A DNA stretch of 64,000 nt from Amoebidium appalachense. Taxonomy: Eukaryota; Protista; Ichthyosporea. The notes beneath the pieces were generated by a model that worked only from the letters and a program-made list of their open reading frames with translations, was not told the DNA's origin and made no database searches. Both the position numbers and the translations under genes were made by a program. The stretch lies in contig CAVNZM010000005.1 in assembly GCA_963693365.1 (NCBI GenBank), positions 1,612,001 to 1,676,000 of the forward strand, given 5' to 3'. This document shows positions 1 through 9,984 of the stretch, one piece after another (the first letter of the stretch is position 1; every line of letters starts with the position of its first letter).

Positions 1-587
1 CTGGCAAATGTACAAGTGCACGTGTAATGCAGAAATTATCCAGTACATGCAGATCTGAGAAATAAGAGCTCCCGCAGCGCTAAGTAGCGGCTCCGAGCCT
101 CCTTCCCCGCCCAAGAGGAAAACAAACAAAAATGCCAGCGAAAACCCACTAACAACCTGATTTGTTCGTATGTATATGAAGAGAATAAAAAATGCCTCTA
201 TGTATGCTGTGAGCCACCGGTTAGGCTACAGTAGCCTACATAGCCTGGGCACTGCGGAGTAGCGCTACTGTATATATCGCTGCAGCAACTTGCCGGCGCC
301 AACACCAATAGCTTAAACAAATGCAAAGCCTTTAACCATTGTATGTTTGAAGAAATTTCTCGGGTTTAGGATTAGGTATCTAAGTCGTCATTTTCTCTGT
401 GTCCAAAAGTAGTGATCACTGTTTGTTGTTGTATATGTATGTATTGTATCTTGAGGGCGAGGCTTGCCTTTTTCTTTTCAAATCAGAAAGAACGATTTTC
501 ATGATCAGACCCCTCGCTCTAGGGAGCAAATTTTTATCGCCGTTTTTTTTCTGGCGGTGCTACCCTCAATTCCCAAGCTCCTAGGGT

Positions 588-756
588 GTGACGTAATATT
601 TGGCACGAAATTTATTTGGCACGAGCCTGCAAAACGGTGAAAATGGGGCAGGATGTCGCCCAGGCACCGACACTGTGACAGGGGCTTGGGGATACCCCTG
701 GATGTGCTCCGCTAGCGGGCTGGTGCCAAATAAATTCGTGCCACATTTTACGTCAC
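588..756. repeat. Inverted repeat / MITE-like hairpin with additional GTGCCAAA-motif copies downstream
   Basis: gtgacgtaatatttggcacgaaatttatttggcac (588-622) is a near-perfect reverse complement of gtgccaaataaattcgtgccacattttacgtcac (723-756); more gtgccaaa copies follow to ~790. Confidence 0.6.
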
Positions 757-1824
757 CAGGTTCGTGCCAAATTATTTGGTGCCAAATTTATTTGGGGCAT
801 AAATGGGTCGGTTCGAACTATTATGGGTCGAATCAGCTCGAATCACTCCTGACCCGTTTTCTTGTGGCTCATCGTTGGTGGCGTCTGATTCGAGGAATAA
901 ACTCGAAAGGCGGGCCAAGCAAGACCACGTCGACCACGTGCAAGTGGCCTACTTGAACGGGCAGTCACAGCCTGGACTGGCAGTTGACAGGTGTGACACA
1001 GCGCTAGCATCCTTATCATATTGCAGTAGGCTCATATAAAAACAGACAACACCCTTTAATGCTTGATCATAACTGACAGTACATATTTTGTGTGAGCATG
1101 GGTTACAAACATGCTCGCGTTCGCATTGGACGTGGGCAGGCCATTGAGCTTTGCTGAGGATTCTCGTTCATGTTATCCTCGCCTTTTGTCTTTTGGCTGC
1201 AGCGGGTTCAACAAACAACCCAGATGGGGTGAACAAAAAAGTCATTAAGGAAAACAAATCTTGGTCTAAAGATCATGCCAAGCTGCAACAGCCATTCGTT
1301 GCACGGTACATTGATTATTGCATAGCGGATCATGAGGACTCTGTCGAGGCTGGCACGTGCCCTCCCCAGCTTCCTGAGGGATTGGGTGTGGCATCAAACC
1401 CGTCATGGCGGCCGGATAGATGCATCTACAGCGGAGGGAGTCCATCAGGTGCTCCCCCCTCCCCCCCTCCCCCCCCCCCCCCCCCCCCCCCCCACAAATG
1501 GACTCTATTCGTGTTGCGTCCTCGCTTTATGCTGCCTTTTCTGCTTTGGATTGCCTCTTACATGTTGCTATCACCCGATAGGGTGTGTGTTACAACGTGT
1601 TCCATATGTTTTGTGTGACCATTCTGTGCAGTGTACCCACTTAAAGCCCACTCCTCCGCTTTTCCCCCTTCCCCCCCTTCCCCTTTAAGCATACAATCAG
1701 TCAAGAGGCAGTACAGGATAATGGGTAGAGAGTTTCTGTGTGTCACGGTGTGTGCCTGTGGGTGTGTGCCTGTCTGTGTGTGTGTGTGTGCCTGTGTGTG
1801 TGTCGTGAGTGTGTGTGTGTGTTG

Positions 1825-1926
<102 letters not shown>

Positions 1927-2394
1927 ACCGTGTGCATTGTGTGTGTGTGTGATGTGGGTGGGTGGGTGGGTACAGAGAAGGGGTTACAGAGAAGGATGAG
2001 GGAGGGGAGAAGGGGGAACTTTGAAAGAGAGAGGGGGAGGGGGGGGGGGGGGGGGGGGGGAGCGTGTATGTGTGTGCCTGTGTGTGTACGTTAGGGACAG
2101 GGGGAGGGGGAGAAGGGGGAGAGGTCAGGGTAGGGAGAAAGGGAGGGAAGGATGAGTGGGTGGGAGGGTTGGAGGGAAGGAGGGAGGGGGAGAAAGGGTA
2201 GAGGGAAAAAGGGTAGATGGAGGGATGGCGGGAAAGACAGAAAGAGAGGGGCAAAGAGAGGAGGGCAGTCGGTAAAGGGGAAGGGCGGGAGGGTGGGACG
2301 GAGAGAGAGAAGGGGGAAGGGGAGAATTAGGCAGGGGGGGGCCGAGAGCAAGAGGGGGGGTGGGGAGGGGGGTGGGCGGTCTGTGTGTGTATGT

Positions 2395-2425
<31 letters not shown>

Positions 2426-4109
2426 GGAGGGAGGGAGGGGTTGGATGGGGGGATTCGGTTGGGAATGGGTTCTTTTTAGAACTGGCAACCATTGACCAGC
2501 TATTCTCTCACCCTGTCTTTGTCTTCACTCTGCAGCTTATGGCAATAATGGCAACCGTTCCTTGGCTGAGTGTGGTATGGAGGTTGGGCCTTTCGACAGT
2601 GATGGCTCTGACCATGACAATGAGGGGTCAAGTGATGAGAGCCCCGGTCCATTCAACGTGTCAACATGTGTGCGCCTAGCAGGCCGCAAGCTCAACGCCC
2701 GGCGTGCGATGCGCAAGCTGATTGGGTCTGTGCACAGCTCCGAGGGGTTTGCTTTAGCAGCGCAGGACCCGGATCATCTACTCTTCACTATTGTGTTCTT
2801 TGACGAGGCCGTGGCAGCAGACATACAGCTTGCCAGGTGCTTCCTGCCGAAACCCCCCCCCCCCCCCCCCCCCCCCTCCGCCTTCCCCTCCAATGCCCCC
2901 CCGCTCCTCCCTCTCGCCTCCCCCCCCCCCCTTTCCCCGCAGGGCCTCCTCCCCTTTCCCCCCATCCCCCCCCCCCCTCCCCCCCCCCCCCCCCCGCCCC
3001 GCCCTTTTCTGCACCCCCTACCCCCTCTCCTCCTTCCCACAATCCTTCCTCCCAACTGCTCCACCTCCTTACTTCCTTGCACGTATCAATCCATCTCTCC
3101 TTCCAACCCAAGTGACACCAGTTTTTTGTCAGACAACCTGCCTCCCCAGGCCCACTTATTATGCCTGTCCTGTCCCCCCCCTGCATACTTGAATGTTTGC
3201 CTTTGCATGTGTCCTTGGTGTTTGCGTACTTCGTACCGTGTTCCCCCCCCCCCCCCCCTTTAATCTTCTCGCTTATTTATGTGTGTGTGTGTGTGTGTGT
3301 ATGTATGTTGTGCGGGGTTGCACACACCGGTGTCCTATTTTTCTTCCTGCTTTTTTTCTCTCCACACACTTCATCTGTCCACTTATGCATACCCCCTCTC
3401 ATAGCTATAGACACACTTCACACATTGCGTTACGCGCACGCACGCATGCACACACCGCTCTGTTGGTGACAGCTCCCTTGGAACCCATGCGGCATGTTAC
3501 CCACTGGCGTAACATAACTCGGACTATCGATTTGGCTTTTTTCAAGCCCAAAGCAATGGGTGATAGCATATTTCCGGCTGACATCCGGGGGCATAGCTTT
3601 CCGTTCGAAGACGTTAAAGTTCCGCTTCAGTAAGCGTGTTACTACCCTGCGGCGTGGGTCAAATCTCATATTTTCCCCTCTGATTGCGAATTCTGCGGCC
3701 TTCGGGACTTAATTCTTTTCAGCTGGTGTAGTATGTTGGCCAGGGAAGTATCGACTTAGGTAGCGACGGGGGAGCTTCCTAGAAGCCCCGTCTCCTGAGT
3801 TCCTATCTATATTTTTCTTGCTTCTGCTTACTGCTGCAACTTTAACCCCCGGCCTTTCCCACTGGCCTTGCCTGCATAAGCAACCCTGCTCGTCTCTGAT
3901 CAAGACGGGTGACCTACCCATGTTCAAGTGAAACAGTATCTGAGTTGTATTTCGTTAACGAGGTGAATAGGTCGAAACTCGGGTACTGTGGATGACGTGG
4001 GCCCCCCCTGAGGATGGGCTCTGCTTATTATGCATACTCTTTATGTATGGCTTGCATTCTGCATCGTGTTATCCGTTTGTTCTTGTGTACTTCGTACTTT
4101 TTGACCCAT

Positions 4110-4142
<33 letters not shown>

Positions 4143-4543
4143 GCTCCCTCCCCCCCCCCCACCACACACACACATCTTTGTTGCACGCACCTGCGCTCAC
4201 AGCCACGAGCGCACGCACACACACACAGACGCGCGCGCACACGTCTATCCACCCATATAGCTGTTAATAATCCTAATGCGCCCCCCCCCCCCCCCTCCCC
4301 CCCCCCCCCCCCCTCCACCCACCCACCCACCCACACACACACACACACGCCAAGGTTTCCCTTGTTCTGCTCCCTCGGCCTTTCCGCCTCCCCCTAACCT
4401 GTCTTTCTCTCTCTCCTCCGCCTCTCTCTGCCTCCCGCCCTCCCCCCCCCCCCCCCCCCCCCCCCCCACCCCACCCCCCCCCACCGCCCTACCACCCTCC
4501 CACTTCTTGTCCTTGCTTATTCTTCCTTGTGATGTGCAACACA

Positions 4544-4930
4544 GGGACATATCCGGGCCACCTGAGGTCCAGCAACAACGCCTTCTTCAAATTCTGGGTG
4601 CCTGGAGAATGGAGCTTATGGAAACACCGGCTGACGGCAACTGTTTGTTTCATTCGGTGTGGCATTATATCAATCAGTGTCTACAAAGCGGTCATCGTAG
4701 CTACCCGTGAACATCTCAACACATTGGGGTTTACAGCTAATATGGGGCCTATAGAGGCGATTGGACGGCTACGCGAACTAACGGTAAACGAATGGCGGCG
4801 AAATCTAGCAGAATACCAAGGATTCCTTTCAAGGGTGACCCTCGCAGACGTAGCTGATGATTTCCGCTGTCCTCGGCGCGCCCATTTTGCTTCTGCGGAT
4901 TCGGCGGATGAATTCCAAAGCACCCAACAG
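4544..4930 (+). pseudogene. OTU-like cysteine protease (deubiquitinase) exon, frameshifted; probably transposon-derived
   Basis: ETPADGNCLFHSV is the OTU catalytic D-x-x-C motif. After a frameshift near 4700 it continues as REHLNTLGF...LRELTVNEW...EYQGF. Putative upstream exons at ~1203-1449 and ~2535-2837 are unassigned. Confidence 0.65.
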
Positions 4931-5853
4931 TCTGGGGTGATTCCCCCTAGCCAGCACCAGCACCATCCGCAAGCGTTCCACCCCAGTTATTATCACACAT
5001 ACCCGAGCACGATAGCCAGTGCACAATGTAGCGTCTGTCAACTGACTTTAGCAATCCCTCCCCATCTGTGTCATACTTAAATGCAATGATGTAGGTGCAA
5101 GGCCATGTTGTATGCTCTGGTCACCGCTTTTGGCATCCGCCTGCTCAGTTTTAGTGTCACGGATAATAGGTGGAAGTGAGCCAATCCCTCCACGTAGTTT
5201 TTTAGTTTTCTAATTGTTATTGTGGCTGCCAGCTGCTTTGGGGTCAGGTGGCAAACGTAGAGCATGTCTAGTAGGTTCGATTAGTATGGGATTTGGCATC
5301 ATGATGCCAAGTTAATACTTAAGAATCAGTTTGTTAGGTGTTAGTTGTAACATTTAACTTCCAGTATTGTTCAGCATGTCATAGTGGTAGTTTATGATTG
5401 TAATGTTACTTACAGTTTAACTTTAATGTCACGGTGTATGTAGAGTATGCTGAGTATGCTATGTCACATTCAATGCACACGCACACGGCACACACACACG
5501 AACATGCACACACGCAACCACATACACGTCAAGCACACACTACATCCATGCATGCGACATTCGCCATTTTGATACCTATGATATCATTACGCGTAGTCAA
5601 AATACCATAATAATAATGTGTAGAAGTGATTGCAGGTCACTTTCACATGCTGCAGCTATTTAATTAATAATGACGCTAATGGCAAGCACACTGCAGACTC
5701 GGATCCCCCCCCCCCCCCCCCCCCCCCCCCCCCACACACACACAAAAAAAAATCCCCCCCCCCCCCCCCCCCCCCCCCCCTCGTACCCTAACACGTACTG
5801 ACGTGTTGCCGCACGTGCGACGTTTAACATCTACTCAGGACCCTTTTAAGTAA

Positions 5854-5914
<61 letters not shown>

Positions 5915-5936
5915 GAGACACCCCCTCAGTAGGTGG

Positions 5937-6252
5937 TAGCCTCGTACCGTGTTCCGCATTCAACCCCCCCCCCCCCCCCCTCGTTCCCCCCCCCTCGAAA
6001 TTTTTGTTCCCCCCCCCCCCCCCCAAAAAAAAAAATCCTCCCCCCCCCCCCCCCCCCCCTCGTACCGTGTTCCGCATTCAACCCGCCCCCCCCCCCCCTC
6101 TCGTACCGTGTTCCGCATTCAACCCCCCCCCCCCCCCCCCCCTCGTTTCCCCCCCCCCCTCCAAATTTTCGTTTGCGGTGGCGGTGGGGGTGGCGGCGGT
6201 GGGGGCGGCGGCGGCGGGGAGGGGGGGGGGGGGGGGCTTGGGAAACGAGGGT
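5937..6252. repeat. Array of ctcgtaccgtgttccgcattcaaccc units separated by poly-C
   Basis: Three ~26-bp copies at ~5941, ~6059 and ~6099, two cctcgtt variants, and an inverted aacgagg at ~6244. Confidence 0.7.
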
Positions 6253-6614
6253 GTAACCTTTCTGGCGAACATTCGAAACGCTCTGGAATGCGGCCCTAAT
6301 CAAGTGGAAGGATCTGATTGGTTGTTACGTCTTGGTGTCCATAGATGTGTTAGATGACAGGACGTAGACGCCCAGGATTATAAAGGTACTCTCGGCTAGG
6401 CTTGTGCACAAGCTTTTTGCCTCAAAGTCTACGATGCTAGTTCTTTATTATACAGTATAAACAAGAAAAGAACTAACAGCCGCGATGATTCAAATTATAA
6501 TCAATTACAAATATTTTATTTTTGCAGCCCTGTAGGCTGCCCTCTGGTCTTTGCATGCATTCCTCGAAGGCCACAACTGGACCGCTCCGTGCATGCCACG
6601 GCGTGATTGTCACT

Positions 6615-7255
6615 TGTCGTATCCTAATATATGTGTACTAGAGACGCGGCACTCTACTAAGTGTACACACACGAAAAGGAACGAACGTGTACGAAAAACG
6701 GTAAAGTTTATTAAGACCAGGCCCCGACGGGCAAACTTAGATCCGTACGGATTGAGTCTAAGTTACGACTGAGGCCATCAAGGCCGTGCCCTCTAAGATC
6801 ATCATCACCTGGCCCCCTACGATGCCACATTCCATTAACATTCCGATCTACTTTTATCGTGCGCCTGCACGAGCTAAGTCGATCTACTCAACTAATATAT
6901 TTATCCAAGTCTCACCCTCACCCTCCCCCTAGTGGCACCGCAGAGTCTAAATCTACATTTCATACTATCCTCCCCCCCCTCCCTCCCCCCCTTTCCTCTA
7001 CATCTACATATATAAATACGTTTGGCAACATATACTATCAAACCTTGCCAATCCTTACAAAAGGGCTTCTGCCCGAACAATCACATTCCTAAGTCCTCCT
7101 ACGATCTATCCTACACACTAATTAGAATTCTATTGGACGGCTGTCCCGGCTGACGTGGTCCAATGCCCTGCGCCGGCAGAGGCAAGATGCACGCAGCTGT
7201 ACAGCTATCTTGAGGCCCCGGACTTGATCTTGATGATCTGTGGACCCGGGCCACC

Positions 7256-7292
<37 letters not shown>

Positions 7293-7343
7293 ATCTCGAT
7301 CGTAGACTTAGGCTAATCTGCTGAGACGGATTAGTATATGTCA
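6615..7343 (-). repeat. 3' LTR
   Basis: Direct repeat of 12937-13642; by eye it differs by one substitution and by homopolymer lengths; AATAAA on the minus strand at ~6707-6712. Confidence 0.96.
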
Positions 7344-7356
7344 ACTCCCCCCCCGG
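7344..7356 (-). other. Polypurine tract (PPT)
   Basis: The minus strand reads GGGGGGGGAGT immediately before the TGACA start of the 3' LTR. Confidence 0.8.
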
Positions 7357-7546
7357 CCCCCGGAAAAGCTGAGTCCCACCTCAGTCACATTACATCTAAC
7401 ACCCCCTAAAAAGACATAGACTAATCAGTCTCCTAAAAAAAATTAAATTAAATAAATTACGAAGAAAAATAATAAATTAATCTACACCATAAGCTTGATA
7501 CCTACGGAGACACCTATGATAATAAATTAAATTCCGACGACTACGT

Positions 7547-9409
7547 TCACACTCCTCCTCGGTCTCCTCCCCTCCCTCCCCCTCCCTCCGTGTGTCTACG
7601 TGTATTTGCATCACTCCCCCCCCCGGCCCCCTCCCCCACCGACTTTTTCACACCACGATTAAACTGAGGAATAACTCTCTTTGGCCGAGAGGGAGCACTA
7701 GGCAACTCCCTCTGCACTAATCTAGCCTCATAAGCACGAATAGAAAACGGGCAATCCAAATGAAACTCAGGCAACCACTGATCTTCCTGATAACCTCCCT
7801 CAAAACGAATTAAATAATAATTTACCTTACCTTCCTTACCTTCGATAACCTTTTTATCCATAATTTTATCTACTGCAGCCTCCGATACATCCACCGACCC
7901 GTCATAGTCGGGGGTGAATGCATCTAACACTAAAAGGCCCTCCGGCCGTTTAACCCTAAGGGCCCTATCATAATATTCCTTTATATCATCTACATTATAA
8001 AATCTAACATCACTCTCATTATCTAACCTCTGCACCTTATATTCCGTCGGACCTAACCTAGCCACTATTTTATACGGACCGATAAAAAGAGGCAACCATT
8101 TCTTACCATACTTACGAAGACCTTCACCTTCACCCTTACCTTCCTGCTCCTGCTTATATCTCTTTTTCCTAGTATGATCCCTAATTAAAACTAAAGTACC
8201 CTCGGCAAATTCACGTAACGGACGTGTGGACACGTCTGCACGTGTCTGTGCCTGCTGTGTACGGGCCAGAGCTGCATCACGTGCAGCCCGGGCCCGGGTT
8301 AGTAGCTGCTCCCGGAACTCAGTCCAGTGGGGATAAGTTAGTCGGTCAGCCCCCCCCATCGGCAAAAGTGCCGTATCTAACAAACTAATAGCCTCCTGCC
8401 CATAGACCAAATAAAACGGAGAAAAACCAGTCACAGCATGAGGGGTAGAATTATATGAATGAGCAATAAACCTAGACATATGATCCCAATCATTAGCCTC
8501 CACATCCACCATTTTGCCAAAGGACTTCTGAAACACTGCATGCACACGTTCAGAGATGGCATTTGCTTGAGGGTGATATGCAGACGTAGTGATATGAGCT
8601 ACCCTTAAAATTTTACACACCTCCGACACCAACTGATTTAAAAACACACGACTCCTATCCGTTAACAAAACACGAGGACAACCAAACCTAAGACAAATTT
8701 CATCCACAAAAATACGAGCAAACAAAACGGCATTAGCAGTGGGGAGAGGAAAAACTTCAACCCAACGAGTGGCCACATCGGTGACGGTAACAAGAACAGT
8801 GTTACCCTCAACCGTAGAATTAAAAGGACCGACCACATCCACTGCTACCCTTTCAAACATACGAACATTAAAATCCCTAATAAACGACGGGCGGGAACGA
8901 GAGTGGGGACTCTCATTCCTTTCCTGACAATGCATGCATGACAACACATAATCCCTCACCTCCCTACTCATACCCGGCCAAAAATACGAACGATTAACAC
9001 GAAGCAACGTCCTATTTACACCTAAATGACCAGCCATGGGATGCTCATGCACCATATGCAAAACCTCAGGCACAAGTGCCGTCGGGACCCAAACTCGGTG
9101 TCCGTCTGGCCCAGAACAATGATAAACTAAATCCTGCTCTACCTGACACATTTTTGCTAACTTAGCTACCTTAATCATCTGCCTTTTATTTTTAAATTTA
9201 ATCGAATCAACCGGCCCCTTTAAATAATTCTTAACCAGACCAATCAACACATCTTCCTCCTGAGCTAAGATCAAAGCCGTAGGTGCTAAGGCAGGGGCCG
9301 AGCCATGAGACTCGGTCCCGACCTCAGACACTGACAAATACCTCCCCCCCCCTCTCCTACACTTATAAGCAAGCAACCCCGGAACCCAAGAAGACACATC
9401 CACAGACAC
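7547..9409 (-). CDS. pol: Pol C-terminal part: integrase (HHCC zinc finger, DDE core) plus chromodomain
   Basis: HEHPMAGHLG...CMHC; VAVDVVGPF...LLTDRS...YHPQANAISER; GPYKIV; C-terminal VDKIMDKK...YYLIRFEG...DQWLPEFHLDC. Confidence 0.93.
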   Translation of the reverse strand: MSVDVSSWVPGLLAYKCRRGGGRYLSVSEVGTESHGSAPALAPTALILAQEEDVLIGLVKNYLKGPVDSIKFKNKRQMIKVAKLAKMCQVEQDLVYHCSGPDGHRVWVPTALVPEVLHMVHEHPMAGHLGVNRTLLRVNRSYFWPGMSREVRDYVLSCMHCQERNESPHSRSRPSFIRDFNVRMFERVAVDVVGPFNSTVEGNTVLVTVTDVATRWVEVFPLPTANAVLFARIFVDEICLRFGCPRVLLTDRSRVFLNQLVSEVCKILRVAHITTSAYHPQANAISERVHAVFQKSFGKMVDVEANDWDHMSRFIAHSYNSTPHAVTGFSPFYLVYGQEAISLLDTALLPMGGADRLTYPHWTEFREQLLTRARAARDAALARTQQAQTRADVSTRPLREFAEGTLVLIRDHTRKKRYKQEQEGKGEGEGLRKYGKKWLPLFIGPYKIVARLGPTEYKVQRLDNESDVRFYNVDDIKEYYDRALRVKRPEGLLVLDAFTPDYDGSVDVSEAAVDKIMDKKVIEGKEGKVNYYLIRFEGGYQEDQWLPEFHLDCPFSIRAYEARLVQRELPSAPSRPKRVIPQFNRGVKKSVGEGAGGGSDANTRRHTEGGGGRGGDRGGV

Positions 9410-9469
9410 AGCATCTATTCCTTTCTGCTCACTCTCCCCCCCTTCCCCCCCTCCCCCCCCCGTCTCTCA

Positions 9470-9984
9470 CTATCCCCCCCCCTCCCCCTCCTTCTCTTCT
9501 TCAAACAAAATATAAGCAGCACGAGAGAGAGCATCACAGTCAACCATTGTTTCACCCTTGGCATAAAACAATTTATAGGAGAACTCACCGAGAGCCGCGG
9601 CCCACTTCTGCATCCTCTCGTTGACCAGACGAGTGGTGCCGGCCATGGCTAGGCAGGGCTTGTGGTCGGTGTAGACCTCAAACGTCCTGCCTGCGAGTAT
9701 ATACCTCCATGCCTGTGAGACTGCCCAAAAGATAGCATGGGACTCTCTCTCCGGATTGCTATATCTACGTTCACTTTTACTAAATGAACGACTAGCATAA
9801 GCAATCACTCTATCCTGCCCCTCCTGCACTTGATATAACACGGCCCCCTCAGCAACCTTACTTGCATCACACCGAACTTTAAACATCCCCCCCCCGGCCG
9901 AAAAATCAGGATGAACAAGCATACTCGAAGACTGCAAAGCTAACTTAAGCTTTTCGAAAGCAGAAACAGCATCAACATTCCAAT
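9470..9984 (-). CDS. pol: Pol middle part: RNase H
   Basis: CDASKVAEGAVLYQ...IAYASRSFSKSERRYS...ERE...VYTDHKP...DALSR. It is separated from the neighbouring frames by shifts in G/C homopolymers (~10005 and ~9480). Confidence 0.92.

Noticed and set aside
229-270. Tiny TA-flanked inverted repeat (cagtagc/gctactg)
   Set aside because: Only 7 bp of inverted repeat, compatible with chance.
4003-4075. Short similarity to 34835-34905 (inverted)
   Set aside because: A small degenerate dispersed repeat with no definable boundaries.
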